Assembly (NCBI RefSeq): GCF_009914755.1
Contig: NC_060940.1
Strand: one strand, 5' to 3'
Source: the human T2T-CHM13v2.0 reference genome, Homo sapiens
DNA: 64,000 nucleotides
Position 1 is the stretch's first letter. Each line of letters begins with the position of its first letter. Both the position numbers and the translations under genes were made by a program. The notes beneath the pieces are model-generated. The model did not search any database and was not told where the DNA came from. It worked only from the letters and a program-made list of their open reading frames with translations. Shown piece after piece: positions 17,290-32,523 of the stretch.

Positions 17290-17720
17290 TTCGAAGTGTT
17301 TCAGAAATTAGAGTAAGTCCAGTATGGTCAGGCAACAGAGGAGAGTGACAAGAGGAGAGGCTGTATTTGCAGGCAGTAGGCTGTTTGTGGGCATCGTATA
17401 TTATGCTGCGGGCATAGATATATTAGGGATATTGAACTTTTACCCACAAGGTCTTGGAGAAACTAACAAATGATTTAGAGCAGGAGAGTAACATGTCCAG
17501 ACATGTATTTTTGAAAATCATTCACATTCCAGTGTGGAAAAATGACTGAAATAATGTGATTTTGAACTTAGAAAAGATTTTTTAAATTACATATATCTTT
17601 TTAAATATGTAGTGAAATAAATCAGACGAGGAAGGATAGAAATGTGGCTTAGGGTAGCAGCAGCCCAAATGGAGAGACAGTGAGATTGAAGACATATTTA
17701 TTGGGATAAATTATTAATGA
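17290..17720 (-). mobile_element. L2 relic
   Basis: gaacttttacc...gcaggagagtaacatgtccagacatgtatttttgaaaatcattc; boundaries approximate. Confidence 0.55.
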
Positions 17721-19994
17721 GGATACTAATTAATCTATGTGCCTGTTTTTTTCTTTTAGTGCTGGTGGTGATTTTTTTTGTTTGTTTTTTGCAACCTTCA
17801 CATGTGGCAAAAGAGACAGAGCTCCAGAAGATTTTTCTCCTACTAATTTAAGGTCTCATATGGTCTAGTACATTTTACATTAGCTTTTACAATGTTTCCC
17901 AAAGAGAGATACATATGTTAATTTTAAGTAGTATAGCGAGAACAATTTTAAAAATACATGGATTTATTTTTCTCTGACTAAGGAGAGGAACTAACACATC
18001 AAAACCTGCGATTGTAGTAATAATATTGGTTATGTCAGGTCAGAAATCATCTGCTATATTCAGACGGGATCAATAGCAGGAATGTGTTTGGATGGTGCCG
18101 GCATATGGTGCAAACTAAGAAGATAATACCTGAATAAATGAATTTGCCTCATCCCACACCTTACAGAAGCACTGAGTGGTTCCCTGATTCAGTGGAAGCC
18201 AGACATCCTATCTAAACCTCTAGAACACCAGGGTCCCGGCTGCTGAGAACTCCAGGCACACGAGGCTGCTTGGGAAAGGTAAGTAGCAATATGTTTCAGA
18301 AGCTTTAGAGGAAAAATATAAAACGTGCTTGGAAATCTGAACAAACGCCCACCTTCAAGCCTTCCCTCCTAATAAGCATAGCTTATAACAACAAAAGGCC
18401 TCTGAGAGGCCTTGGGTAAGTTGTAATTCTATGCTAGTTAGTGTAAATTGAGGAACAGAAACAAATGGAAAGCTTATGTAAAGATTGTGGAGGGACAGTA
18501 TACGATATTGTATCCTATGCATTTAAGAACATGGGTTGTATGTCACCCACATTTCCTATGGTATATATGCCACTTAACCTTAAATAATTTACTTATTTTA
18601 TTACAGTATTTTAGATGGGAAAATATAAAGTCAAAACAGAACTCTGCGAGGTAGGTGTCTGGTATGAAGCAATTAATTAATGGAAGCTTAACTTATTATA
18701 TCATTATGAGTACAATGACTCTTTCCCTGCCCCTAAATGGATTTAAACTCCTAACCATTTCCCATTCACCTTTGTATCTCTGGCACTGGGCACAATGCTT
18801 AGTGTGTTGTTAGTATTCAAGACACGCTTGTAGAATTATTCCATGACCACAAGCACTAAAATCGCCAGAGAATTTAGGTCTGATTGTCACCCGAAGCTTT
18901 TCAGGGATAAAAATGTGAGCTTCAGCTTCCAGTGCAATAATTACAACTGCAGGACATGACTCCAAAGTTACATCTCATGCCAAGTCCAAAAGAAGCAGAC
19001 CAGATAGAAAACTGTGTTGAGAGGGTTGCCTGCTGGAAATATTTTGAAATTTTAACACTAATATTAACTATCCCATCATTTTTTGCATCTTTTGCAAAGC
19101 CGTGGTGAATGAGGCCTTTATATAAGAGAGGAGGAAATGATTACACATGGATTGGACATTAGATGACATTATTGATGATAATACTCCAGCGTCCTGCAAG
19201 TTATCTTTAGAAGAGGCAAAAGTAGAACAGTTACAGTCTATCTGCTTTAAACGAGCCTGATAAATGTCAAGCTGGGATGGAGTTATCCTATTTTGAATGC
19301 ATCAGTAAGCTTTAGGATGTTTATGTATGATGTATAACTAGAAAAATGAAGTCATCATATTATTTTATATGAAATGAATTAACCAATATATTTTCATTAA
19401 ATTTCCATTAAGCTCAAATACAACTTTATGTAGGCAAATCCTGAGTGGAGGAATTTAGAAATGATGAGTAGCAATAGCATATAGCTGAAAATAAATATCT
19501 ACAACTGTTTCTGGACTTTAATAATATAGTATTGAGAATGGAACTATACATTTGAATGTCCTCATCTTCATCCCTATCCTGATCAGGAGCTGACACTTAC
19601 ATACCTTTTATGGGAAAGGAAGGAAGAAACCTCCCATTTATTAAATAGCTATAAAATTTTGTTTCTAAGTCTATTTCCTGTGAGTTCACTATTCATTTTT
19701 CTCTTTGGCTTTATGCTTATTATTTTTGGAGCATCTAGTGTATGCCAGACATTTTACTGTGAATTAAAAGCACCTAAGTATGTAAGACACTTGTGTGCTC
19801 ATCTATTAGACTCTGTGCACCTTGAAAAAAGAGAAAATAAACAATGCATGCAGTATAACATCATGGGTACATTTTTAGCCTGTTTAGGAGTCAGTGTGGA
19901 AAGCTGTTCATTATTTTTTGGTGACGGGGGCTGTCCATGATAAATTCACATAGTCATAATGCTGGGAGCTAGATCTTAAGAAAGTAAGAGAGTA

Positions 19995-20230
19995 GGCATT
20001 GTGAAGGTTTACAGCACAAGCTCTGGAACTGAATTTACTGAGTTCAAATCCCAGAGACCCACCACATACTAGCTGTGTCCTTTAAAAAGTTAAGTAACTT
20101 GTCAGTAAATCAGTGTTTTTATCTCTAAAATGGGGGCAATAGTAATACTTACCTTATAAATGTAAGAATTCAATAAGCTAAATACATTAAAAGAATTTAA
20201 AGCATATCTGTCATTGTATATACTCAAGGG
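19995..20230 (+). mobile_element. MIR
   Basis: gagttcaaatcccag...actagctgtgt...tctaaaatggggg. Confidence 0.65.
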
Positions 20231-22799
20231 ATATACTTACATTGTATTAATAAATATTTGCATTGAATATTTACAGCTCTTACTTTCCATTTCTCCCTGG
20301 TAAGAGAAAAAAATAGCATCTGAGAAATAATGAATAATGAGAGGAGAAGCATGAGTTATGGGGCATTCAGGTAAACAATTATATAGTGCTGAAAATAAAA
20401 ATAAAAACACCACCAACATTTATTGAATATTTAATACTGCCAAACAACCATGCTATGTTCCTGTGTTTCATTCTCACAACTCGGGGCAGTAGATAAGGAT
20501 TGCCAAAAATCATTAGTTTTCTAACAAGATTAAAAAGACAAGATTGCTCATAACTCTATCAAGGAAAGGATATATGTAGCTACGAAGAGCAATGTGAGAA
20601 GTCACTTGGAGATGGCAACATGCCACCCGCCTCCCAAAGAGGCATGTTCAAGTATTCAAGGATCATCATCCTTCTGATATCTAAGAAAGTTAGATCCAAA
20701 AAAACCTGAAGTCTTCTGTCTTGCTGAATGGGATATGCAAGTATGGGGGTCCAGAACTTAACTGATCAGTACAGAGGAGACAAAACTGAGGACTGCCACC
20801 AGGGGTCCCACTGATCATTGCCAATGCCCTGTTATGTTTCTCTAATTAAACACTGAATTTAAAAAATAATTTTGGAACACATTAAGAACCTCAGAACTGT
20901 CTAATTCTATAGTTTATTATTAACTTCTAAGCAATATTATCTTTTATCATATTCTTATTTTAAAGTAGTTTTAACATTTAGATGCAAATAAAATCACGTA
21001 TCTCTGGGAGATTTTGTAAAATAGCAATGGCTAGGCATTGCTTCCCTGTATCCTAAAATAGTAGATTGCAGTGGAATTCAGAAATTAGTATTTTTTTAAA
21101 GCCTCCTGGGTGATTTTAACCTCCCAGGGTTTTTTCAGGATTGAAATAAACAAACAAACAAATAAATGAATAAAACCGCTGTTATTCTACTTTTCTGTGG
21201 AGCAGCACTCAAGTGTAGTTAGTGAGTCTTCTCTGTGAAATATAAATCTTTAATTAGTATACTTATACATTTGAAACTTTAAAACATGGTTCTAGAGCTA
21301 TAGTTCTCAAAGACTTGGGGATAAAGAACAAGAGAGAGTTGCTTACTATAGCATGATTTCTACCATAGGAAAGATCTTAGATTTGTTCCCTAGAACAGAA
21401 GGAAACCACCAAAGGACAATCACTAGGAAAGACGCAGGTTTCTGTCATAGCAAAAATCAAACTGACAAACTGACAATTTGAGATACAATTCAATTGAGAG
21501 ATTACAAGTCTTAATGCCGGACATCAGCAATCAAAGAAATAAACTTTCTGTTTACTATCTGTTCCTTCCTCCTCACTTTTCTCAGTCTCTGGAACTATGT
21601 GGAAGCCAAAGAGGGCAGTAAACAGCAGACACTTTATAGGCAAAATTTTCACAGAATAAAACAATCATAGCAACTCATGTGGAGATTTAACTAAAATGTC
21701 ATCTACTTCCCAACTTTTAGTTACAATAGAGCTAGTATCACATATCTATAAAGGATCTTGGATATATTCTCCCAAGTCATCAAACCTGAGGTATAAACTT
21801 CAATGTCTATGAAGTGAACTGCTTGCCTCCTTAAGGAAAAAACTTTCTCTGGGCAGTAACTGAACCCAGGAGTCCTGAGTCAGGGGCTAAACATCTCATT
21901 GTGTTTCCTTCTTTTATCAAGGCACACCTGTTCCTAATTGCATTCTTTATTTCTATTTATATTTTTAGACTGGAGAAGTGCCAGGAGGATTAATTACAGC
22001 AGTTAATGTTTCCATTTGAAAGGAGATGATACTCTGTAAGTACTAAATATTATTAAATGTAATGGAATTAAATTGCTTTAAAAGAGACAAATGGTATAAT
22101 TCAGTATTTCACTGATGCCCAGAAAACTAAAACACTTCATGTTGAGTCATCAGGATAAAAGTAATAGAGATTTTTTTAAATTCTCCAAATCATATATAAA
22201 ATGATTTCATTGAGTGTGTATCTCACTGATTCCTAATGAAACACAGATCTGTGTAAGACATGAGTGGCTGTAGACAAGTTGATGAGGAATGAATTAATTA
22301 CCCAGTCATCCCAAATGGCATTTCTTTTAAAATATACATGATTTCCATGTTCTTACTCTCATTTCAGAACTGAAATAGTTCATTCTAGGAGAAGAATAGC
22401 ATAAAATTAGGAGTATTCACTCCTTGCATTTAGATATTAATGAGAAGCCCCACCATCCTCACTCCTGTGGGAATCTCGCTTTGCCTGAAGGGGAAATATA
22501 TACAGCTATTTTTTGTTTTCCCCTGCAATAACACAGAAGAGGCCCTACGCCTTGTCCACATGTCTAAGAATTGCAAATATACTTGCTAAATGTTAGTGTT
22601 AATAAATAACACATATGGCAAGTAACATTAAAATGTAAGGTACTGCTAATAATTAAGCTAGAAATAAAAAAATAAATAAAGTGCATCTGCCTGGTAACCT
22701 CTGGTTGTTAGTCATAGCTGAGAAAAATCCCTCAAATTTGTCCAAAGATCAACATGTTCAAGGGATTTTTATTCCCAAGGCATTTTCATGGAAAAGAGG

Positions 22800-23010
22800 G
22801 TGTACTGAATTGAGGTTAAACATGCAGTAGGCTGCCTGGGTCCTTGACCTGACTTCAGTGTGTACACACTGTGTGAACTTAAGCAATTTGCTCAATGTTC
22901 CTGTGAATTAACACAGTTCTCCATAAATGGGATGATACTAAATGAGATGATATATGTAAAATGTTCAGCACTGTGCCAGCTATTTAGTAAGCATTTATTA
23001 AATGCTCATC
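22800..23010 (+). mobile_element. MIR
   Basis: ctgtgtgaacttaagcaa...taaatgggatgatac...tgtaaaatgttcagcactgtgcc. Confidence 0.6.
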
Positions 23011-24380
23011 ATTATCCTATTACGTGTAGCTGTACAGTATAAACACGTCCGTCACTCAGAAAAAGGAAAGGCTAGGAAGATGAGGAAATCAACAAGGGCT
23101 CATTCATAGAGAATAAGGCACTCATCTCTTCATAAGATTCTGAGTTTCTTAATTCCTAGAGGTGATGTTATTTGAGAAATACTTAATGCTCTTTAAAATT
23201 GGGTATCAATATAGATATTGGTGTTAGATACAGAAAGATGAAGACGGATAACAAATACTTCTATTTATCACAACAATTCAACTTGTTTCTAATTAGAATT
23301 AAGTTTCACATTTCAATTCAGAAAATATTTACAAACAAAACATGAATTGGAAAAAACTTCATTGTTACCTAATCCGGAAAAATAATGATTTCTAAGTCTT
23401 CCAGATTATCAAGATTAATACCCGCAGACATCGTTCTAAATTTAAATAAACAAAGCTTGAAGATGGGGAAGCATTATTTTTCCTCCTTTGCAGATTTTTC
23501 TTTGACAGCTAAGTTTAATTTATGCCATCATTGGGTAAATATTCACCAGGTGACTTTTACTGCGATGTTTGAAGAACCTAGCTACCTATTTCATAACATG
23601 ACATTATAATTTATTAGCATTCCAATTAAAAACATAATTTGTCTATAACCTTCAAGTTTATTATTTATACTGCACCTTCCTAGTAGCTAATAAATCATTT
23701 GTAATTGACTATAATACCAAAAAGCTAAATACCAAGCCCTATAATAATCTGAAAATGATGGGCTATGCAAATAGATCTGCCTCTCCTGCTACACATAAAG
23801 TTAGAGAAAAGGGTAAAGGTTTAGCAATTTGTAGAAAGATGTGAAACAATATTGTAAATAGCTGTCACTAACGGACTATCTGCCATTTCCAGGGACATAA
23901 GCATTATTTGTCACATGGCACAGATAAGAAGCTGAGACTCAAAGAATGTAAGAAACCCATACTAGAGCACATAGACTCCAAGTGAAGGGGACAGGATTTT
24001 AGCTAGAAATACCTGGCTCACAAAACATCAAACCACTTCCAACACATCTCTTCCAAACCCAAACAAAAGAGGTGCATTCCCTTCTTAGCATATCTCCTTA
24101 TTAATTCACCCATTTTACCACATCAAAAATAATCAATATCAAAGAGAAAATACAATTCAGTTTTGAATTATATTTCTAGGTTAGTCATAGATTTTTTTTT
24201 ACATAAAAAGAATTTATTAAAAATAAACTTCTACCTCTTATCTCCTTTGACATCTTTCTTACGTCGAATGCTGCACATCAACGTGAGTCACCACAGGATC
24301 GAATTATACTCTGCTCCTTGCCCCATCTAATATTTATTTGCACATTAAAGATAACACGACTGGCTAGAATTGGCTTCTGA

Positions 24381-24755
<375 letters not shown>

Positions 24756-25424
24756 GGACTATTTTATCTTAAAGAGAGACTTGGAAGAGAGGCTGCTGGA
24801 ATCCCTAAAGTCTACCTGGATCTGATGTAATCATGTCTGGCTGACTCAACAGCAGCGGCTTGGAAATAAAATGCAATACGGAACACCTGGAGAGATGCCT
24901 CCTTCTCTTTGTCTATCTTTCAAGCATCCCAGACTCAACTTTTAAGATGTCTCAGATCTCAGGACAAGAGAAACACTTGCGTAATGATAATCATAAAAAC
25001 AGTAATAGCAGCAATGCTAATAATAAGAAAATGTAGGAAGATGTGGGAATTAGAAATGAGCATATTAATCTTGTAGCATTTTGAATGCACATAGAACTCA
25101 ATCAAGTTGAACTTGACACAGAAAAATATACAGTAATTTCGTGAGAATGCAAGATTGCTTTCCAACAATTGTCACAATCCACAAGAAAAATAAACAGGTA
25201 AGGCAAATTGCATTCATCTTTTGTTCTCATTTTATTCATGTGCAGACTTAAAAGACAGTTTCAGTTGTATGGTGAAATTTCCGGAGATATGACCTAGAAA
25301 TGTGGCTAATACCTTTTTTCCTCTTCTTTTATTGGAAAGTTAAGATTTCTTCAAAGAGTATCTTCGTATAGATCTTCTTTGACCCAAAATGATTTGAATT
25401 ATAATAATGAAAAACAATAAGTAA

Positions 25425-25796
<372 letters not shown>

Positions 25797-26265
25797 TCCT
25801 ATTTTGTTTTGTTTTGTTTTGCTTTTTCCTGATTGCATTATCTTTCATAATCTTAATCTCCTCTGTTGACACCCTTTTCTTTTGCAGAACTCAAAAGACT
25901 GGCTCCCTCCAGTAGCATCCTCAATTTTCTCTATTTACACACTCTCCTTAGGAGATCTTATCTCATCCTTTGATCTCTCCCTTATACATTAACCTGCTCC
26001 TCGTTTTAGTAAATGGCCATACCATCTACCCAATAAGTTCTCCTGACCCCTCTCTTCTCACAAACACTACATCTAAATAGTGGGTAAGAAGTGGTGGCTC
26101 ATTCTCTAAAAATATTCCTGAAGTCCCAGTTTTATTATTTCCAATGCTACCCATTCTCTATATTATAGCCTAATTGATCATTTTGATTTTTTTTAAAGAA
26201 TCATGCTGTTGCCCTCAGTTTAAAACTCTTCAGTACCCACCCATCACATTTAGAAAACAGACTAA

Positions 26266-26582
26266 GGAATGGGCACAGTGGCTCACACCTGTAATCCCAG
26301 TACTTGGGAGATCAAGGTGAAAGGATCACTTCTGCCCAGGAGTTTGATACCAGCCTGGGCAATGTCATGAGACCTCACCTTTACAAAAATAAAAATAAAA
26401 AATTAGCTGGGTGTGGTGAGGTACACCTGTAGTCCTAGCTGCTCAGAAGGCTGAGATGGGAGAATTGCTTGAGCCTAAGAGTTGCAGGTTACAGTGAGCT
26501 GTAATCCTACATCTGCACTCCAGCCTGGGCTACAGGTTACAGAGTGAGACTGCCTCTAAAACAAAACAAAACAAAACAAAAA
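26266..26582 (+). mobile_element. AluJ
   Basis: Dimeric Alu with an (AAAAC)n tail. Confidence 0.9.
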
Positions 26583-26844
26583 GAGGAGAGGAGAGGAAAC
26601 GGGCTAAGCTCATTATCTTGATTCACATAGTGACCTATGTTACCTGACCTTGATCTTACACTCCAACTTCATCTCATACCACTCTACTGCTAGCTCACAA
26701 CTCACCAACCACCTGGATTTCTTTCTGTTCCTCTAACAAGTTCACCTTGTTCCTTGTTAAAGACATTTTCATTACTCCCCCTTTTCTTTCCATAGTTGGT
26801 TACTTCTAGTCATGCACAGGGTAGCTTTGAAAAACACCAGTTCC

Positions 26845-27150
26845 AGCTGGGCATGGTGACACACACCTGTAATCCCAGCACTTTGGGAGGCTGAGGTGTG
26901 AGGCTCACTTGAGCCCAGGAATTCAACACCAGCCTGGACAACACGGCAAAACCGCACCTCTACAAAATATACAAAAAAGTGGTCCATGCCTGTAGTCCCA
27001 GCTATTTGAGAAGCTTAGGTGGGAAGATCGCTTGAGTCCGGGAGGCAGAGGTTGCAGTGAGCTGAGATGCTGCCACTGCACCATCTTGCCTGGACAAAAG
27101 AGTGAGACCTTGTTTCAAAAAGACAAAATCAAACCAAAACAAAAAAAGAA
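26845..27150 (+). mobile_element. AluJ (Jb-like)
   Basis: Dimeric Alu; TSD-like gaaaaacacca. Confidence 0.9.
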
Positions 27151-27310
27151 AAACACCAATACAGAAAATATTTTCCAGAAATCCCAAACTAATCATCCAG
27201 TCATTCTGCATTATATCACTCTGTTTCATCTTCTGTATTTCCTTATTCTCCAACCTGAGACACTAGAATATAAACTTCATGAAAGTAGAGGCCTTATCTG
27301 GATTCGTCTG

Positions 27311-27358
27311 TATTTCAGCACCTAGAAGAGTGGCTATTTCAGCACCTAGAAGAGTGGC
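27311..27358. repeat. Perfect 24-bp tandem duplication
   Basis: tatttcagcacctagaagagtggc x2. Confidence 0.97.
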
Positions 27359-28714
27359 TCACTAACATTACGTGTTGCGTGGTAGATTGCTGAATGAGAG
27401 AACAAACGAATGTAAACAAACAAGGTGGTAGTAAAATGAATTTTCATCAGCTAGATTCTAAACACATGAGAAAGATAAAATTCAGGGGATATATTCTGTC
27501 CTTCTTTAGATTAGTTTGGGATTCTGGATAGGTGTTTGCAGATCAATTTCATGTCAAAATAGTATGGAGCTTTTGATAGAGTGGTCATTCTACTCTGACA
27601 CAAAACCTAACTGCTCACATGAATACCAAATAATCCCTTACCATGTCTACATAAGAACTGGGTTTATTCAGACACACAAGGCATTTTATATGTTTTTTGA
27701 ATAAATATGTATTCTATTTTCCATGTACTGTGTTAACTTTGGAAAATATAAGTGAGACAGAGTCCCTTTCTCAGATCCCTTGATCTAATGCAGATAGTAG
27801 AACAATAAATACAAAATTAATACTACAACATGAAAAGTGAAATAATATTATAGGAAGGTATTATAGAGCTCAGAGGCTGAATAACACAGAGAAGGCATCT
27901 TTGGAAGATTCTCAAAGCAACAGAAGAGTTAGGTGAGAACTGAGAAAAACAGAATGAGGCATAGTGTCAACAAAAGAAGGGAATCAATTTACCAAAGCCA
28001 GTGGAAGAAAACTCTCAAGTAGACAGAAGTAGATAAAGCACATCAACAGCATAGCTTAATGGTAATAACTGGATCCTTTTAGACTGGGTTTGCATTCCAG
28101 CTTCCCTGAATAGGAGTTGTGTGTCTTTTGGGCAAGCTACTTATTATTTCCTTCTACAGAGGAGAACCATGGAGGCTTGGAGAGCATTGTTCATTACCTC
28201 AGAGGGGCATTGTGAGGCTGGAATGAGACAATAATAGGTATAAAATATGTAACGTCACAGTTCTTGGCACATGAGTGCCCCGTGAATTTTGCAACACTCA
28301 GTTGAGAAGCACAAAGTGACAGGAAATGAGTTAAAGGGATAGACAGGAGCCAAATTAAAGAGTCTGGATGTTGATTGTCTGAGAATTTGTAATTGTTGCT
28401 GCTTTGAATTCAGATACGTTTAACAGAAAAAATATACCTCTAAGGGTTCTCAGTTGTTCCCTTCTAAATACTGCTGGGGGAGGTGGCATTGCCTGTTAGA
28501 TACACAGTTTAGTTGTTTCAATATTGCCTGTATTGATTATTAGCTGAATCACCTGTTTCAAATTATTTAAGCTTTCACCTCTTCTTTTAAAATCAGGAAT
28601 AATTTTGGCAGCTAACTTATTAGGTTTTTATGAGAATTAAACATATTAAATCAGTGTAAATCACTTACATTTTGAGAGATATTAATATCAACAAATGCAC
28701 AATAAATAGGAGCA

Positions 28715-28850
28715 GGCGGGGTGTGGTGGCTCATGCCTGTAATGCCAGCACTTTAAGAGCTGGAGGCAGAAGAATTACTTGAGGCCAGGATTTTCACACC
28801 AGTCTGTGCTGCATAGTTAGACCCTATCTCCAAAATAAATAAATAAATAA
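28715..28850 (+). mobile_element. Alu monomer (FLAM_C / AluJ left arm)
   Basis: Single Alu arm followed by an (AAAT)n tail. Confidence 0.8.
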
Positions 28851-29550
28851 GACCAATGCAACAGGCATGGTTCTGGTTTTCTCATTTTTTTAAACAAGGC
28901 TTCTCAAGTTCAAGGATGTCTGTCAATAATGCAAAAACAGAAATTAAAGTAAAAAGTGCATAGATATAGGTATAGATATAAAATTAAATTCCTATCAATG
29001 ATAAAGGAAAGAAAAAAAAATGGCCCAAATCTAAGACAGCAGGTTCAAAGAAAACTCAAGTTCATCACATTTACTGCAATGGAAGATCCAGTATTGTTGC
29101 CCATTATAGTCAGGGCCTTACCATCAGCACTTTAGTGAGGAGAACATTTGGCTTTTGAGTCTGACACTCCTGAGTTTGAATTGAGGTTTCATTCTTAAGA
29201 ACTCTGTGATGTTAGCAAATTCTTAAACTTTTGGAGACTTTTAAAAATTGTTTCTAAAGAAGACGTGAGATTATCCATACAACAGGGTCATTGTGAAGAT
29301 TAAATGCAATGGTAAATGAGAAATGCACTCTATCTTTGTTAATAGAATTTGCATCGGAATGATCACAAAGTCAGCTGCTTCTTAAAAAACGGTTATTACT
29401 GCTCAGAGAGACACATGGTAGCTGGCAGGATACTCAAGCCTCAATCAGTCCTGCCAAAAGGCCAATTTCGTTTTGTGCCTAGATGCATGATTAAAAAAAA
29501 AAAAAAAAAAAAGATTCAAGTTTATCCACTCCGATATGTCATCTTTCTTA

Positions 29551-29730
29551 CCCTCAAAGGTTACCTGAACTCATAGGCAATGTGGATCTCTGGGAGCATC
29601 CCTACTCAAAGGTTAGCTGCAAAGTCTAAGTTTGCTTAAGAGTTAAGAACTTGACAAGGAAGAACAGAGAAGAGCAGACGGTTGAGGAGTGCTAACACCT
29701 TCTTTAGGAAATCCAAACCCAGGGAGTCAT
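29551..29730 (+). repeat. Copy A of a ~180-bp local direct duplication
   Basis: Hand alignment to 32524-32702: ~158/180 identical, one gap. Confidence 0.95.
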
Positions 29731-32523
29731 CAGCAAAGGCTGAGGGATTAGCTTCAAGGAAAATAGCTATTTCAAGACACTGAGGAGAAATTAGAAACGA
29801 CCAGCTGGTGTGAATCAAGAGAAATATGTTGCTAAAAGGTAGTGGGGCAAGCTGTTTACAGGGAACTAGGCTTTCTAACAGCTTTCTCAGGCACCGTGAT
29901 TTTTTTGTTTTGTTTTGTTTCTTTCACTATTTCCTCCGATTTTTCTTCTAAATCCTTTGGAAGGCTGTAGAATGAATGGCTGTAAAATGTGAAAAGAAAC
30001 GTGGCTGAATCAAAGGATGCTTTGTGATTTCTCTTTATTTTAATGAGTCACAGGCAGAATGGATTTTGGCATCTTCAAAACTGCTATCTGTCAAAGGATT
30101 CTCAAAAATTTGAGTTCACCTTCCTGTTCTGAAGTTTCTACTGCCTCCTGCCCACTCCTAATATCCCACTTGCACACAGGAAAACATACACACATGTGCA
30201 TGCACACACACACAGAGGACCTCTGAAACACACTCATGGCCAAAGATCTACCCTGCTGTTTTGGAGAAGACCACCAGGTGTCCTCTAGTGGTTCTTTTGC
30301 TTTTTCTGGCCTAAGATCCTTCAGAAAATTGTATAGTCAAAGACCCCACAGGAAGTTTGAGCAAGACTGGGAACTCTTTTCTATTTCTGTAAAGCAAAAA
30401 CTATGTCTTCAAGAAACAGTGGAACTCACAAGAATTGAAGATTGTGTGTCTTTCATGGTGCCTAACAGAATTCTAAAGAAAGCATTAGTTTTTACACCTA
30501 GATGTAAAGTATTCTTGGAGAAGCAATTTAGGGAAAATTAAAGGAGATAAATTTCAGAGCCAGGCACAATAGGACTTGAGTTCCAGCTTCAACAGTTGAT
30601 GCTTGCTCAAGCTTTTACTTTCTCCTTTGAGGTAGGCAATAGAATCATGCTTATTTAATAGGTTAGGAAACTGGCGTTTGATAGGTCACAGCTTTGGTAC
30701 ATAGTAAATGTTCAATACACAAGTTTTCTTCCATCTTTTCCCCTCACATACATTAACCCTCTTGATCCTGAAAACAGATGCAATTTAGGTGAAACAGGGT
30801 TACTCTGAAGGTCAATGCCACAAAGCAACTTGCCCAAGTAGACACTGCCTATCAAGCTATCTGTTGATTCTATTCTGCACAATTTGGACTCCTAATAAAT
30901 AATTCCTAAACTGAATAGCAATACTTCTCTTCTTCTCTTGGGTGATGCAGAACAATCTTAGGTGCAGAATTTATAGAGCAGAAGAGAAATGATTGATGTT
31001 CCATGTAGAACACAGAATCAAACTGTGTGGTAACTAAGATTGGCAAAACTGTTATCTGTTTCCTGTGTAAATGTTCAACTCTCCTATTTACCAGGTAGAT
31101 GTCAGTATAAGGAGTTTGAAACATCTCTGCTTCCTAAGCCCAAGAATTTCAAGACTGATCAAAAAACAGTGTCACAAACAGTACCAAAACAACTTCACCC
31201 CATTATTTAATTCTATACATGAATATTATTTCTAAATTGAAGTATATTTGACTTAAGATTGAGTATGACTATTATTGCAATGACTACAAAGACATGAGGC
31301 AAATATGATTTTTCTGCAAGGCAATAAAATATTTTTATATGAAAACAGTTTGAATTAAAAATTATATTAAATGTGTCAAAGAAAATGTTGAACATTCCCC
31401 AAGCACATATTTTTGTACCTATACCATTCAGGGATAGATTAAACTTCTTTTCAGTCACATGGATTCATCAAACCTGTATTGCATTCCTATCATTTGCCAG
31501 AGAAGTTACACACAGGAATGATGAATAATACATGGTCCCTGCCTTCAAGGAGTTCTCATTCTAGGTTGAATTTTCTCCCCCTATATATGTGAGTCTGTGG
31601 AAAGTAAAATAGAGCAGAATTTGTTTCAGACAGTGTAAATCTGAGGGAAAGTAAAAAACATTTTTTCCTCTAAATGAAATAACACATTCCTTTTCAGACT
31701 TAATATATGAATGTGATTTTTTTCTTGTTCTACATGTTTGTTTTAACTCATTCTTTAAAAAGCTTCATTCATTATTCTAGAGTATTACAAGTTATGTCTA
31801 AGATTAAAATAAATGTTAAATGGTTTTAATATATATTTAAATGTCAACACTGAATTGTTATTGGTCAACTTACAGAGCTATTAGGGCTCTGTTCTCAAAT
31901 AAGGGATGGCTCGAGAAAATGAAAATAACCCAAGGGCATGCTCAGCTGATGGAATTTTTATCCATACAGTGAGATAGTCAGGCAAACTCTGTGGTCAAGA
32001 GCACAGGTCTTCCAGTAACGTGCCATTCACAGTCTCCATTAAATCTTCCCTGACCCTATTTCTGTCCTGGACTAGTTATCCAATACCCAAGAGCCTCACA
32101 TTTGATACTGGCACAATAATGAGAAAACCACACAAAAATCAATCAATCATACAAACGTATGACCCTAAATTTGGGGAAAAACTAAGAAGGTGTTTGGAGG
32201 GAGCTGATTCTGTAAAAAATAACATAATGGAAGAGACAGATATTAAAATATGTATGAAAGCATTAACTTAAAACTGCCTATAAGAATTAGCTTCTGAGGA
32301 TTTCTGATCTCCTGCTTCTCTGCTCGTTCTGATCTAATCATTGTCGGGTATATTTTAAAAAATATATCATGAAGTTGGAAGAAGTTGAGAACACAGCCAA
32401 AATCTAACATCATCTAGAACAGTGCCTCCCCAATAGTAGACACACTACTCATTCATTATTCACCAAATATCTTTCAATATGTAACCAGAATACAATGAGG
32501 GCTCCAAGTGGAAAATATGCTGT

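Larger units (their letters stand above)
25820..27415 (+). mobile_element. L2 relic interrupted by two AluJ
   Basis: aaatggccataccatctaccca...ctagaatataaacttcatgaaagtagagg...gcacctagaagagtggc...ttgctgaatga; boundaries approximate. Confidence 0.6.
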
